Shown piece after piece: positions 1 to 11,474 of a DNA stretch of 64,000 bases. The DNA is taken from assembly GCA_963830915.1 (NCBI GenBank), contig CAWHOE010000006.1, positions 32,001 to 96,000 on the forward strand, written 5' to 3'. The stretch's first letter is position 1, and each line of letters opens with the position of its first letter. A program made the position numbers and the translations under genes. The notes under the pieces are model-generated. The model made no database searches. It worked only from the letters and a program-made list of their open reading frames with translations, and was not told the origin of the DNA. The stretch is from a candidate division FCPU426 bacterium (lineage in GTDB: Bacteria > Oederibacteriota > Muellerivitia > Muellerivitales > Muellerivitaceae).

Positions 1-2
1 CT

Positions 3-3000
3 TCAACACCGACTCTCACTCCCACCGTGAATCAGACGGCTACCGCCGCCGGAACAGCCACGGCCCAAGCAAACGCTACCGCGACCCAACAAGCCAACAA
101 CACCGCCACGGCTCAGGCCAACGCCACCTCTACATCCCAAACCAACGCCACAGCCACGCAACAGGCCAACTTGACCCAGACGGAAGTGACCCTGTTGTCC
201 GAGACACCAACCTTTACCTCTACCTTTACACCCACTCTCACTTCAACCCCAACTCTCACTCCCACCGTGAACCAAACGGCTACCGCCGCTGGAACGGCCA
301 CGGCCCAAGCGAACGCCACCGCGACCCAACAGGCCAACAACACCGCCACGGCTCAAGCCAACGCTACCTCCACGGCCCAGGCTAACGCCACCGCCACTCA
401 GCAGGCCAACAACACCGCGACCGCTCAAGCGAATGCCACCTCTACGGCTCAAGCTAACGCCACGGCCACTCAACAAGCCAACCTGACCCAGACGGAAGTG
501 ACCCTGTTGTCCGAGACGCCGACCTTTACGTCTACCTTTACTCCTACTCCCACTTCAACCCCGACCCTTACTCCGACTGTGAACCAGACGGCTACCGCCG
601 CTGGAACAGCAACAGCCCAAGCGAACGCTACCGCCACCCAGCAGGCCAACAACACAGCCACGGCTCAGGCCAACGCCACCTCCACAGCCCAAGCCAATGC
701 CACAGCCACTCAACAGGCCAACAACACCGCGACCGCGCAAGCTAATGCCACTTCCACAGCTCAAGCAAACGCTACTTCCACTGCCCAGGCGAATGCCACG
801 GCCACCCAACAAGCCAACCTGACCCAGACCGAAGTGACATTGTTGTCTGAGACGCCGACATTTACTTCGACATTTACTCCCACACCCACTTCAACCCCGA
901 CTTTCACTCCCACAGTGAACCAAACGGCTACCGCCGCAGGTACAGCCACAGCCCAAGCGAACGCTACCGCGACCCAACAAGCCAACAACACCGCCACGGC
1001 TCAGGCCAATGCCACCTCTACAGCCCAAGCTAATTCCACAGCCACTCAACAGGCCAACCTAACCCAGACCGAAGTGACATTGTTGTCTGAGACGCCGACA
1101 ATTACTTCGACCTTTACTCCCACACCCACTTCAACCCCGACTTTCACTCCCACAGTGAACCAGACGGCTACCGCCGCAGGTACAGCCACAGCCCAAGCGA
1201 ACGCTACCGCCACACAACAGGCCAACCTAACACAGACGGAAGTGACCCTGTTGTCTGAGACGCCGACATTTACTTCGACCTTTACTCCCACACCCACTTC
1301 AACCCCGACTTTCACTCCCACAGTAAACCAGACGGCTACCGCCGCAGGAACAGCCACAGCCCAGGCGAACGCTACCGCGACACAGAAGGCCAATGAAACC
1401 GCGACCGCTCAAGCCAACGCCACCTCCACAGCCCAAGCTAATTCCACAGCCACTCAACAGGCCAACCTAACCCAGACCGAAGTGACACTGTTGTCTGAGA
1501 CGCCAACCTTTACGTCGACCTTTACTCCCACACCCACTTCAACCCCGACTTTCACTCCTACAGCGAACCAGACTGCTACCGCCGCCGGAACGGCCACGGC
1601 ACAAGCGAACGCTACCGCGACCCAACAAGCCAACAACACCGCAACCGCTCAAGCCAACGCCACCTCCACAGCTCAAGCAAACGCTACTTCCACTGCCCAA
1701 GCTAATGCCACAGCCACTCAACAGGCCAACCTAACCCAGACCGAAGTGACCCTTTTGTCCGAGACGCCGACCTTTACTTCAACCTTTACTCCCACTCCCA
1801 CCTCAACCCCGACTTTCACTCCTACAGCGAACCAGACTGCTACCGCCGCCGGAACGGCCACGGCACAAGCGAACGCTACCGCGACCCAACAAGCCAACAA
1901 CACCGCAACCGCTCAAGCCAACGCCACCTCCACAGCTCAAGCAAACGCTACTTCCACTGCCCAAGCTAATGCCACAGCCACTCAACAGGCCAACCTAACC
2001 CAGACCGAAGTGACCCTTTTGTCCGAGACGCCGACCTTTACTTCAACCTTTACTCCCACTCCCACCTCAACCCCGACTTTCACTCCTACAGCGAACCAGA
2101 CTGCTACCGCCGCCGGAACGGCCACGGCACAAGCGAACGCTACCGCGACCCAACAAGCCAACAACACCGCAACCGCTCAAGCCAACGCCACCTCCACAGC
2201 CCAGGCGAACTCCACGGCCACTCAACAGGCCAACCTAACCCTGACCGAAGTGACACTGTTGTCCGAGACACCGACCTTTACATCAACCTTTACTCCCACT
2301 CCCACCTCAACCCCGACTTTCACTCCTACAGCGAACCAGACTGCTACCGCCGCCGGAACGGCCACGGCACAAGCGAACGCTACCGCGACCCAACAAGCCA
2401 ACAACACCGCAACCGCTCAAGCCAACGCCACCTCCACAGCCCAGGCGAACTCCACGGCCACTCAACAGGCCAACCTAACCCTAACCGAAGTGACACTGTT
2501 GTCCGAGACACCAACCTTTACTTCAACCTTTACCCCCACTCCCACATCTACCCCAACACTCACTCCTACAGCAAACCAGACTGCTACCGCCGCAGGAACA
2601 GCCACAGCCCAAGCGAATTCCACTGCCACCGAACAAGCCAACGAAACCGCGACAGCGCAAGCTAATGCCACTTCCACAGCTCAAGCAAACGCTACTTCCA
2701 CTGCCCAAGCCAATGCCACAGCCACCCAACAAGCCAACTTGACCCAAACCGAAGTGACCTTGTTATCGGAAACCCCAACCTATACCCCAAGCTTTACCTT
2801 CACCTTTACCCCTACTTTTACACCCACCAGCACGCCCACGAATTTCTCGACGGCACCGGTCTGTCTGTCAATCGTATCGAGTTTTAATTCCCCTAATGCC
2901 AACAACATCAACGGAAGCGCTTTGGACTCAAGGAACAACTTATACCTCTCCCAAAGTGACGTGCTGGTTTTCAATTCCGCTGGCCATAAATCAGCGGAAT

Positions 3001-4121
3001 GGGGTTCGTCGCTTAGAACACCTCGGGGATTGACCGTGGACAACGCGGTAAGCCTGGTTTACGTGGTGAACAGTGCCGGCAACCAAGTGGATCTATTCAC
3101 CTTAGCCGGGGTTTTACAAACCCAATTCTCTGTCGCGTCCAACGGAACCACCTTCAACAACCCTACGGGAATAGCCCTCGACATCAACAGGAATGTTTAT
3201 GTGGCCGATACCGGCAACAATCAAGTGGCGGTTTTTGGTCCTTATCCCGGCAACAGCCCCCTGACAGTCATCAACGGTTTAAATTCCCCCGAAGGCATTG
3301 CCGTGGATGGGTTGGGCGACATCTATGTGGGGGAATCGGGGGTTTCCCAGATCATCCAATTCAACTCTTCCTTCCAGAGCCAATTCAGTTTCAACGCGAA
3401 CGGAGGGTTAGGTGAACCCTACGAGATGAAGATAGACGGCCAGGGAAATATATGGGTCGGCGACGGACTCAATAATATTTTATGGGTCTTTAACCCGGGC
3501 GGGGTTGTGCTGGGTAGTTTCTCCGGCACCGACATCGGAGGAAGCGCCTTTAGTAAGCCCAGAGTTTCAGTGACCGGATCGACCGGTTACGCGCCGAACG
3601 GTTTAGGCACCCTGGTTCAGAAATTCAGCGTTATCGCCTGCCCCGCGACTCCAACCCCCACTCCTAATCTGGGGCCGGATATCGCCGCACGTTCGAAAGG
3701 ACAAACCACTTACACGCCTACGCCGACCCCCACGATCACACCATCCTTCACGGCTACCCCAACTTCGGTTATTGGAAATATGTCAGTGGTGGCCGCGCCA
3801 AATATTTCCCGTCATGGGGAACCAATCCGATTCCTGGTGATACTTCCTAAACCCGCCCAGGTTCATTTGACCCTTTTAACCCTTTTAGGAGAGCCGGTCT
3901 GCCAAGTTACATCCCAAGGAACTTCCGGCTTGAATACACTCGTATGGAATGTCCGAAACAACATGGATCAGGCGGTTGCAAGCGGGCTCTATCTCTACGC
4001 GCTCGAAACGGACGATGGGACTCTAGTGGCGAGGAAGAACTGGAAAGGTGATTGTTTTACATTAGCACGAGGACAAAAGGAGTATTTTCGATTCGCTCCA
4101 ATTCCGCACAGCATTGGATGA
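3..4121 (+). CDS. Large exported protein, 5'-truncated: Thr/Ala/Gln/Asn repeat stalk, NHL-repeat beta-propeller, C-terminal Ig-like sorting domain
   Basis: Frame is open to the window edge. About 900 aa of repeats, then NHL motifs (FNNPTGIALD..NVYVADTGNNQV, LNSPEGIAVD), then VAAPN..ASGLY. Removing one A near 4038 gives the family-type end KTGKVIVLH* with stop at 4065. Confidence 0.85.
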   Translation, partial: STPTLTPTVNQTATAAGTATAQANATATQQANNTATAQANATSTSQTNATATQQANLTQTEVTLLSETPTFTSTFTPTLTSTPTLTPTVNQTATAAGTATAQANATATQQANNTATAQANATSTAQANATATQQANNTATAQANATSTAQANATATQQANLTQTEVTLLSETPTFTSTFTPTPTSTPTLTPTVNQTATAAGTATAQANATATQQANNTATAQANATSTAQANATATQQANNTATAQANATSTAQANATSTAQANATATQQANLTQTEVTLLSETPTFTSTFTPTPTSTPTFTPTVNQTATAAGTATAQANATATQQANNTATAQANATSTAQANSTATQQANLTQTEVTLLSETPTITSTFTPTPTSTPTFTPTVNQTATAAGTATAQANATATQQANLTQTEVTLLSETPTFTSTFTPTPTSTPTFTPTVNQTATAAGTATAQANATATQKANETATAQANATSTAQANSTATQQANLTQTEVTLLSETPTFTSTFTPTPTSTPTFTPTANQTATAAGTATAQANATATQQANNTATAQANATSTAQANATSTAQANATATQQANLTQTEVTLLSETPTFTSTFTPTPTSTPTFTPTANQTATAAGTATAQANATATQQANNTATAQANATSTAQANATSTAQANATATQQANLTQTEVTLLSETPTFTSTFTPTPTSTPTFTPTANQTATAAGTATAQANATATQQANNTATAQANATSTAQANSTATQQANLTLTEVTLLSETPTFTSTFTPTPTSTPTFTPTANQTATAAGTATAQANATATQQANNTATAQANATSTAQANSTATQQANLTLTEVTLLSETPTFTSTFTPTPTSTPTLTPTANQTATAAGTATAQANSTATEQANETATAQANATSTAQANATSTAQANATATQQANLTQTEVTLLSETPTYTPSFTFTFTPTFTPTSTPTNFSTAPVCLSIVSSFNSPNANNINGSALDSRNNLYLSQSDVLVFNSAGHKSAEWGSSLRTPRGLTVDNAVSLVYVVNSAGNQVDLFTLAGVLQTQFSVASNGTTFNNPTGIALDINRNVYVADTGNNQVAVFGPYPGNSPLTVINGLNSPEGIAVDGLGDIYVGESGVSQIIQFNSSFQSQFSFNANGGLGEPYEMKIDGQGNIWVGDGLNNILWVFNPGGVVLGSFSGTDIGGSAFSKPRVSVTGSTGYAPNGLGTLVQKFSVIACPATPTPTPNLGPDIAARSKGQTTYTPTPTPTITPSFTATPTSVIGNMSVVAAPNISRHGEPIRFLVILPKPAQVHLTLLTLLGEPVCQVTSQGTSGLNTLVWNVRNNMDQAVASGLYLYALETDDGTLVARKNWKGDCFTLARGQKEYFRFAPIPHSIG
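27..2790 (+). repeat. Hierarchical coding tandem repeat: 24-bp units inside 11 super-repeats
   Basis: GAAGTGAC anchor at 183, 495, 831, 1071, 1239, 1479, 1743, 2007, 2247, 2487 and 2751; every spacing is a multiple of 24 bp. Confidence 0.95.
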
Positions 4122-4170
4122 CTCGAAAAGGCGTTTTGGCGTCATGAAATTTTATACCAATTGAAGAGAG

Positions 4171-4221
4171 CCATTCGACAGGCTCACGGCTTAGTAAATC
4201 CGCCCTGAGTTTATCGAAGGG
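4171..4221. repeat. REP-like imperfect inverted repeat
   Basis: Intergenic CCATTCGACAGGCTCACGGC pairs imperfectly with GCCCTGAGTTTATCGAAGGG. Confidence 0.7.
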
Positions 4222-4347
4222 TTTCCCGGTCTAAGGAACCGGGTGCCATTACCGTGGTTTCACCCGTCAAATCCGAGGACATTTCCTTGTTTAGTTCCGG
4301 CTCGTCCGGGTTAGGGAATGCAACAACATAAAAGGGGGGACATTCAG

Positions 4348-7300
4348 ATGAGTCGTTTACAAAAACTTTTATTTTTCCCCTTCTTATTCCTCCTGCCCTG
4401 TTTTTTCCTGTTTGGTGTCGCGCCGCGCGCGGCCTTGAAACCCCTCGCCGCGTCCCTGGACAAAAAAGCCCGGTCCCATATCCTTGATTCCTATGGCAAT
4501 CTCCCCCTTTGGTTCGAACCCAACGAAGGCCAAGCCGATCCCCAGGTGAAGTTCCTGGCGCGGGGAGGCGGCTATGCCCTCTACCTCACACCTGCCGAGG
4601 CGGTATTCGTGATGAATCGGCGTGAATCCAATGGCAAAACGAAATCCAAGAAACTAAAAAGCAACGTTACCCTCTGCCAACCCCATCAACCGGAAGTTTT
4701 GCGATTAAGGCTTTCGGGGGGCAATCGCAAGGCCGTTTTCGAGGGCATGGGGAAAATGGAAGGCCTGAGCCATTACTTCATGGGCGCCGATCCCAGCCAT
4801 TGGCGCATGGGCGTGGCGCAATACTCGAAAATCATGGTGAGAGGCGTTTATCCGGGCATCGACATGGCTTACTACGGAAACCAAAAAAAACTTGAATACG
4901 ACTTCGTGGTTGCGCCGGGAGCGGACCCTGGGTTGATCACTTTCCACCCCAGGGGATACCAAACGGTTCGGGTGGATAGACAAGGAAATCTGGTTTTCGG
5001 AATGGCTCGCGAGAATATGCGTTTCGGGAAGCCGGTGTTGTATCAGGAACAGGAGAGCATCGTAAAGGGTGGATGGAAAACGATCAAAACTCTGGTCGAA
5101 GGCCGTTACACGGTCAAGGAGGATGGGCTTATCGGGTTTGAGGTGGGGGCCTATGATAAGTCCCGTTCACTAGTGATCGATCCACCCCTCTTTTATTCGA
5201 CCTACTTGGGCGGGAGTGGGGACGATAAGGGAAACGCCATCGCGGTGGACAGTTCAGGGAACGCTTATGTGACCGGGCAGACCAACGGAAGTTTCCCCAC
5301 CAGCAGCGGGGCCTATCAGACAATTTATGGCGGCGGGAGCGATGCCGTTTTCGTGGCAAAACTGAATGCCTCCGGCACTACCCTGCTTTATTCGACCTAC
5401 CTGGGCGGCAGCGGTGACGATTATGCCAATGGTATCGCGGTGGATGGTTCGGGGAACGTTTACGTGACGGGCCAGACCACTAGTGGAAATTTCCCTACGA
5501 CCAGCGGCGCCGCGCAAACCCTGTTCGGAGGAAGCACCAATGGTTTTGTGACTAAATTGAACGCGGCGGGAAGTTCATTGCTCTATTCGACTTACCTTGG
5601 CGGTGACTCGGACAATTACGCCCAAGCCATAGCGATCGACGGAACGGGGAACGCTTACGTAACAGGCCAAACTACAAGCGGAGATTTCCCAACAACCAGC
5701 GGAGCCGCGCAAACGGTCTTTGGCGGGGATCAAAATGTTTTCGTGGTCAAGTTGAACGCTTCAGGAACGGCCCCTGTCTATTCGACCTACCTGGGCGGGA
5801 GCGGGGCCGATTACGCCTATGGGATCGCGTTGGATGGTTCGCAGAACGCTTACGTAACAGGATCAACTAATTCCACCGATTTTCCCACGACCAACGGAGC
5901 CTATCAGTCGGTTTATGGCGGCGGAAGTGACGCCGTTTTCGTGGCAAAACTAAACTCCTCCGGGACCACCTTTTCCTATTCCACTTACCTGGGAGGGAGC
6001 GTGAATGACAATGCCTTTGGGATCGCGGTGGATGGTTCCGGAAACGCTTACATAACCGGGTCTACCAGCGGAAGTTTCCCCACCACCGGCGGGGCTTATC
6101 AGGAAACCTTCAACACGAACGCCGCCGATAACGCTTTTGTGGCGGAACTGAATTCCGCCGGAACGATCCTGGTTTATTCGACCTATATAGGTGGAAGCGT
6201 CGACGATTATGCCCAAGGCATCGCCGTGGATAGTTCAGGGAACGCTTACGTGACGGGCACGACCGCTTCCACAGATTTCCCCATTACCGGCGACGCCTAT
6301 CAAACGTCTTACGCGGGAAACGGCTATGCCGTTTTCGTGTCTGAATTGAATTCAGCCGGAAGCACCTTGGTCTATTCAACCTATCTGAGCGGGAGCCCCG
6401 CCTCTGCCGCGGATGATCAAGGCAACGGCATCGCGGTGGACTCAGCGGGGGGAATTTACGTAGCGGGGTACACTGGCGGAGGATTCGCCACGACCAGCGG
6501 AGCGGCGCAGACGGTTTTTGGCGGGATCGAGGACGCATTTGCGGCTAAGTTATATTCCGCCCCGACTCCCACTCCGACCAACACCGTGACCGCGACCCCT
6601 ACCTTTACCATGACCAATACCATTACTGAAACCTCTTCCAGTACAGCGACCAATACAGCGACCAACACGTCCACCGAAACTCCGGTCAATACCGCCACCA
6701 ACACAGGGACAAATACGGAAACCCTAACCGCCACCGATACACCCACAAATTCGGCCACGAATTCCTCGACCAACACCCCAACCTTTACCACGACGAATAC
6801 CTCGAGCAATACTTTCACCGATACTCCGTCCAATACGGCCACCAATACGGGGACTAATTCAGCAACCCCGACAGCAACCGATTCACCCACCAACACGCCC
6901 ACAAGCTCCACGACCAACACCCCAACCTTTACCGCGACGAATACCTCGAGCAATACTTTCACCGACACTCCGTCCAATACGGCCACCAATACAGGGACTA
7001 ATTCAGCAACCCCGACAGCAACCGATTCACCCACCAACACGCCCACAAGCTCCACGACCAACACCCCAACCTTTACCGCGACGAATACCTCGAGCAATAC
7101 TTTCACCGACACTCCGTCCAATACGGCCACCAATACGGGGACTAATTCAGCAACCCAGACGCCCACCCCCACCCCGACAGTGAACCAGACTGCCACCGCC
7201 GCCGGTACGGCTACGGCCCAGATGAACGCCACCGCCACTCAACAGGCCAACCTTACCCAAACAGAAGTGACCCTCTTGTCCGAGACACCGACCTTTACTT

Positions 7301-8550
7301 CAACCTTTACTCCCACACCCACTTCAACCCCGACTCTCACTTCCACCGTAAACCAAACGGCTACCGCCGCTGGAACAGCCACAGCCCAGGCGAACGCTAC
7401 TTTCACTGCCCAAGCGAATTCTACAGCCACCGAACAAGCCAATGAAACCGCAACAGCGCAAGCTAATTCCACAGCGACCCAACAGGCCAACCAAACCGCA
7501 ACAGTCGCAGGAACAGCCACTTCCCAAATGAACGCAACCGCCACCCAACAGGTCAATGACACCGCAACCGCGCAAGCGAATGCCACTTCTACAGCCCAAG
7601 CGAACGCTACCGCGACCCAGCAGGCCAACCAGACCCAGACGGAAGTGGCCCTGTTGTCCGAGACACCGACCTTTACGTCAACCTTTACTCCCACTCCCAC
7701 CTCAACCCCGACTCTCACTGCCACTATGAATCAAACTGCCACTGCCGTTGGAACCGCCACGGCCCAGATGAACGCCACAGCCACTCAACAAGCCAACGAA
7801 AGCGCCACAGCCCAGGCCAACGCCACTTCAACAGCTCAAGCTAATGCCACTGCCACCGAACAAGCCAACGGAACCGCAACTGCCCAGGCTAATGCCACAG
7901 CCACCCAACAAGCCAACCAGACCCAAACTGAAGTGACGCTCTTGTCCGAAACACCGACAACAACCCCTACTCCCACATTCACCATCACATCCACCGAGAC
8001 CTTCACCGACACCTCCACCATCACGAATACAGCGACCCAGTCTCCAACGTCCACCACCACAAACTCGCCCACCAGTACGCCATCATGGACCGTCACGAGT
8101 ACCCAGACGGAAACTTTCACCCCGAATGGAACTCTTGTATTCCAGGAAACGGCGACAGCCCAGGCGAATCAAACGGCAACAGAGGTTTGGATCCAGTCCC
8201 AAACGCCGACCTTTACCCCCACGATCACATCCACCGGAGCCTCTACCGCCACCCCAACGGTCGATATCCCCCTGGCCTTAGGAGCGAACGAATTCAAGGA
8301 CCTCACGGACCCTCCTTTGAGGATCGACTATTGGGTGGAAAACAGCGGGAGTGTCCAGATCCGTATTTATAGCGCCGTGGACCTTTTGGTACGGCATCTC
8401 GCCAGTTTAAACCAGGCCGCGGGGGCCTATACGATCTACTGGGACGGCAGGGACGACACGGGAGCTCCCCTGGCCTCGGGGCTTTACCTGGTCGCCGTTT
8501 TCGAAAACCAACGGGTGGAAATCAAGAAAGTTCTGGTGTTCAAACAATGA
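4348..8550 (+). CDS. Exported SBBP beta-propeller repeat protein with Thr-rich stalk and C-terminal FlgD-Ig-like sorting domain
   Basis: Signal peptide after ATG 4348 with a purine-rich [15 protein letters not shown]-domain; seven or more [22 protein letters not shown] repeats; ends [22 protein letters not shown]. The ORF track starts at 4318. Confidence 0.9.
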   Translation: MSRLQKLLFFPFLFLLPCFFLFGVAPRAALKPLAASLDKKARSHILDSYGNLPLWFEPNEGQADPQVKFLARGGGYALYLTPAEAVFVMNRRESNGKTKSKKLKSNVTLCQPHQPEVLRLRLSGGNRKAVFEGMGKMEGLSHYFMGADPSHWRMGVAQYSKIMVRGVYPGIDMAYYGNQKKLEYDFVVAPGADPGLITFHPRGYQTVRVDRQGNLVFGMARENMRFGKPVLYQEQESIVKGGWKTIKTLVEGRYTVKEDGLIGFEVGAYDKSRSLVIDPPLFYSTYLGGSGDDKGNAIAVDSSGNAYVTGQTNGSFPTSSGAYQTIYGGGSDAVFVAKLNASGTTLLYSTYLGGSGDDYANGIAVDGSGNVYVTGQTTSGNFPTTSGAAQTLFGGSTNGFVTKLNAAGSSLLYSTYLGGDSDNYAQAIAIDGTGNAYVTGQTTSGDFPTTSGAAQTVFGGDQNVFVVKLNASGTAPVYSTYLGGSGADYAYGIALDGSQNAYVTGSTNSTDFPTTNGAYQSVYGGGSDAVFVAKLNSSGTTFSYSTYLGGSVNDNAFGIAVDGSGNAYITGSTSGSFPTTGGAYQETFNTNAADNAFVAELNSAGTILVYSTYIGGSVDDYAQGIAVDSSGNAYVTGTTASTDFPITGDAYQTSYAGNGYAVFVSELNSAGSTLVYSTYLSGSPASAADDQGNGIAVDSAGGIYVAGYTGGGFATTSGAAQTVFGGIEDAFAAKLYSAPTPTPTNTVTATPTFTMTNTITETSSSTATNTATNTSTETPVNTATNTGTNTETLTATDTPTNSATNSSTNTPTFTTTNTSSNTFTDTPSNTATNTGTNSATPTATDSPTNTPTSSTTNTPTFTATNTSSNTFTDTPSNTATNTGTNSATPTATDSPTNTPTSSTTNTPTFTATNTSSNTFTDTPSNTATNTGTNSATQTPTPTPTVNQTATAAGTATAQMNATATQQANLTQTEVTLLSETPTFTSTFTPTPTSTPTLTSTVNQTATAAGTATAQANATFTAQANSTATEQANETATAQANSTATQQANQTATVAGTATSQMNATATQQVNDTATAQANATSTAQANATATQQANQTQTEVALLSETPTFTSTFTPTPTSTPTLTATMNQTATAVGTATAQMNATATQQANESATAQANATSTAQANATATEQANGTATAQANATATQQANQTQTEVTLLSETPTTTPTPTFTITSTETFTDTSTITNTATQSPTSTTTNSPTSTPSWTVTSTQTETFTPNGTLVFQETATAQANQTATEVWIQSQTPTFTPTITSTGASTATPTVDIPLALGANEFKDLTDPPLRIDYWVENSGSVQIRIYSAVDLLVRHLASLNQAAGAYTIYWDGRDDTGAPLASGLYLVAVFENQRVEIKKVLVFKQ
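6767..7156 (+). repeat. 144-bp coding direct repeat, about 2.7 copies
   Basis: CTCGAGCAAT anchors at 6801, 6945 and 7089; copies nearly identical. Confidence 0.9.
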
Positions 8551-10430
8551 TCCATCAACGACACTTATTCCTATCCTTGGAACTCGACCTTCCAAAAGGG
8601 CGCTCTATCCTTCGGCACCTGGCTTTTTGGGGACTTTGGGCGGTCTTGTGGTTGCCGGGAGGAACACAGGCCGTCCCCCTGACAACGGGGGCGGATTTCC
8701 TTTTGATGACCACCGGCGCCCGGCCGGACGGGATGGGCCAGGCCTTCAGCGCCGTCGCGGATGATATCAACACCCTCTCCTTCAACCCGGCTGGTTTGGG
8801 CAATATCCGCCTGCCTGAGATCGGATATGGTTACGAGAGCTTCGCGGCCGGCATCAATTATAACTTTTTAGGAGCGGGCATCCCTTTGGGGGAAATGGGG
8901 GTAATGGGCCTGGGCTATATCAGCATGGGGACGGCGCCCTTCAACAGCACGGCCAACCCCTCGGCGCCCTTGGTTTCGGCCCAAGACGAGGCTTTGGTCG
9001 CCGGCTGGGGCCGGTCGTTTTACGACCTGCACGTTGGAGCGTCCGTGAAGTACATCATCCGCCAGTTGGACGCGGTCCAGGGGACTGGACTGGCTTTCGA
9101 CCTGGGCCTAAGGTACCGTCCTATGCCTACCCTGACATTGGCCGCCAGCGCCATGAACCTTGGGGAAGGGATAAGGCTTGCCTCTCTGGAGCCCCTGCCC
9201 ACAGTGTTGAACACGGGTATCGCCTGGACTCTGATCGAGGAGCCCCTCCACACGCTCACCTTGGCGGTCAATGGGGCTTTTGACTTGGCCACCAATACCC
9301 AGCAAGCTGGATTGGGGGCGGAGTATTGGTACCAGGACGAATTCGCCTTGAGGGCCGGTTACCTGGCCAATTCCATCGATACAACGGTCGATCCCGACGG
9401 GTTCTCGGCCGGCGCCGGAATACGGGTTTCTTTTTTCCAATTGGACTACGCCTTCCAGCCCTTCAATACACTGGGTATGGTCCACCGGGTCTCGGGCATC
9501 TTGCGGTGGGATGGCCCTTGGATCGCGGGCGGTGAACCCAATCCACCGAAATACGTGAACGCGGAGCAGACGGACGATGGCATTATCATCCGCTGGGAGA
9601 AACCCCAGGGACCTGCCGACTCTTATGAGATATTGATCCAGCCGCTGGACGGAGGGCCAAAAATCGTTTCCGACCCAGTTCGGAAGCCGCCTTATTGTTT
9701 TAAATCGTATAAGCCCGAGACCTTGTACAGGATAGCCGCACGTACCGTGAACGGAGGAAAACGCAGTTTCCCCTCGCCCGACACCTACCTTTTCACCTCT
9801 TCCCTTCCACCCTCCCTGGAACGGGAGGTGGAAAGGTCCATCAGCCCAACCTCGATAACCCATGGAGTGCGGGGGCAAGTGGATGCCGTCGGGCTTCACC
9901 TATCTTGGAAATCAGTCCCGGGATCATCGGGATACCAGCTGTACCGTCAATCACCCGCCGGCCGTGTTGAGAAGGTCAGCCTGGTTCCCAAGCGTAATAA
10001 CGAGGTCTGGGTGACCGACACATCCGGGGATGCTGGATGGAAGTGGATCGTTACGACAATCCGGGACGATGGGGAAAAAGTGGTCGGAGCTCTGGTATGG
10101 AATCCCCTGCCCGCGGAATTGGACCGGCTCGCGCAACCACCCGCGGTTAAGCTTCACGCCTCACCCGAACTGTCAGACCAGGTTTATTTGGATTGGAGCG
10201 TCAAGAAGGGGTACCAACCCGGATATTCGCTCTTTCTCAGCAAGGCTCCGGATTTCGTCTATGAATTTTTCGAAGATTTAAATTCAGATGATCCCACAGT
10301 CCTTTTAAAAATGGCCCCCGGTTGGAGCCATCTTTTCTTCCTCGTTGCCCCCAAAATACCCGAGGGAGGGTGGTCTGCCCGTTCCAACCAGGCCATGGTG
10401 GAACCCTTGCCTCAAGTGGATCACAAGTGA
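8547..10430 (+). CDS. PorV/PorQ-family (FadL-like) outer-membrane beta-barrel with C-terminal FN3-like domains
   Basis: Motif [28 protein letters not shown]; barrel end GAEYWY..LRAGY..GAG..LDYAF..LG.VHRVS; FN3-like PNPP..IRWEKP..SYEI. ATGA overlap with the upstream gene. Confidence 0.8.
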   Translation: MIHQRHLFLSLELDLPKGRSILRHLAFWGLWAVLWLPGGTQAVPLTTGADFLLMTTGARPDGMGQAFSAVADDINTLSFNPAGLGNIRLPEIGYGYESFAAGINYNFLGAGIPLGEMGVMGLGYISMGTAPFNSTANPSAPLVSAQDEALVAGWGRSFYDLHVGASVKYIIRQLDAVQGTGLAFDLGLRYRPMPTLTLAASAMNLGEGIRLASLEPLPTVLNTGIAWTLIEEPLHTLTLAVNGAFDLATNTQQAGLGAEYWYQDEFALRAGYLANSIDTTVDPDGFSAGAGIRVSFFQLDYAFQPFNTLGMVHRVSGILRWDGPWIAGGEPNPPKYVNAEQTDDGIIIRWEKPQGPADSYEILIQPLDGGPKIVSDPVRKPPYCFKSYKPETLYRIAARTVNGGKRSFPSPDTYLFTSSLPPSLEREVERSISPTSITHGVRGQVDAVGLHLSWKSVPGSSGYQLYRQSPAGRVEKVSLVPKRNNEVWVTDTSGDAGWKWIVTTIRDDGEKVVGALVWNPLPAELDRLAQPPAVKLHASPELSDQVYLDWSVKKGYQPGYSLFLSKAPDFVYEFFEDLNSDDPTVLLKMAPGWSHLFFLVAPKIPEGGWSARSNQAMVEPLPQVDHK

Positions 10431-10476
10431 AGTGGGGCGGATTTGTGAAAAGGACAAACCCGCGACTATGTAATGC

Positions 10477-11178
10477 TTACTTGGCGTAATCCATGGCGTG
10501 ATAAAGCTTCCCGCTGCCGTCCTTATCCTCCAACAGCACCGGCACCAGTGCCCCCGGCAATACCTTGTCCGGGTCATTGGGCGCTTGCTGGCCTCCCAGG
10601 TCCGTCCTCAGCCAACCCGGGTCCATCAGATTGATCAATACCCCGGTCCCGGCCAGGGTCTTGACCAGGTCGCGTACATAGCGGTCCAAGGCGGCCTTGG
10701 AACAGCTATAGGGCATCAGTTCGGGCTGATCGGCGATACCTGACGTCACATTGACCACCCGGCCCCAGCCCCTCTTGACCATCTGGGGGATGAAGGCGTT
10801 GCAGATCAACGCGGGAACCGTGGCGTTCACCAAGAAGCTCTGGGTATATTCCTCCGCGGTCCCTGCGTATTTATCCTCGTGGTACTTGGTCATGATGGCG
10901 GCGTTGTTGTAAAGGATGTCGATATGGTCGCCCGAGATACGCTTGGCCTCGGCGATCAAACGCTCCACCTGCTTGATATCCGATAGTTCCGCGGCCACCG
11001 GGTGGGCCTCGACGCCCTTGGCCTTCAACCCGGCGACCAATTCCTTGGTCCCCTCCAGGTTCCGGCTCTGCAGGATCAATTTACAGCCCTGGTCCGCCAG
11101 GGCCTTGGCGACCCGGACACCCACCCCTCGGCTCGCGCCGGTCAATAAAACCCATTTGTTCTTGATGCTGATGGCCAT
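10477..11178 (-). CDS. Short-chain dehydrogenase/reductase (SDR)
   Basis: TGASRGVG, NNAA, YSCSK and PGWLRTD motifs. Confidence 0.95.
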   Translation of the reverse strand: MAISIKNKWVLLTGASRGVGVRVAKALADQGCKLILQSRNLEGTKELVAGLKAKGVEAHPVAAELSDIKQVERLIAEAKRISGDHIDILYNNAAIMTKYHEDKYAGTAEEYTQSFLVNATVPALICNAFIPQMVKRGWGRVVNVTSGIADQPELMPYSCSKAALDRYVRDLVKTLAGTGVLINLMDPGWLRTDLGGQQAPNDPDKVLPGALVPVLLEDKDGSGKLYHAMDYAK

Positions 11179-11261
11179 ATTCCATCCTTTCTTAGCCTTT
11201 ATTTATTACTCGACTTTGGCAAGTTCTAAAAGGTACGTCGCCTACAACTATTCCCCACTTC

Positions 11262-11426
11262 CCCCATGCCTCTTTTGGGAAAAATATCATTGGCATGGGG
11301 ACGTCCCCATTTTCATTTTTTGATCTCCAAATGAAGAAATGGGGGTGAAAAAGGGGGGGTATTAGGCGTTGCCGATGCGGTTTGAAAAGACTAACTCCCC
11401 CTTAATCCCCCTCTTTCAGAGGGGGA
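11262..11426. repeat. Cluster of intergenic hairpins (REP-like)
   Basis: CCCCATGCC/GGCATGGGG and CCCCATTT/AAATGGGG hairpins joined by the palindrome GGGGACGTCCCC; TCCCCCTCT/AGAGGGGGA at 11406-11426. Confidence 0.6.
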
Positions 11427-11474
11427 AAATAGGACGACTCCAAAAAGAACCTAGTGGTTCAATATTAAGTTTCT

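Noticed and set aside
27..2790. Possible CRISPR array
   Set aside because: Repeats are in-frame coding units without unique spacers, and no cas genes are present.
27..2790. Annotation as an ice-nucleation protein
   Set aside because: Only the 8-residue TxT register matches; the AGYGS motif is absent. Kept as a hypothesis only.
113..8120. Many antisense Val/Gly/Ala-rich ORFs (also 22094-22897, 33404-34093, 48368-49561, 56252-56947)
   Set aside because: They are the reverse-complement shadow of Thr/Pro codons in the stalks, with no independent gene signals.
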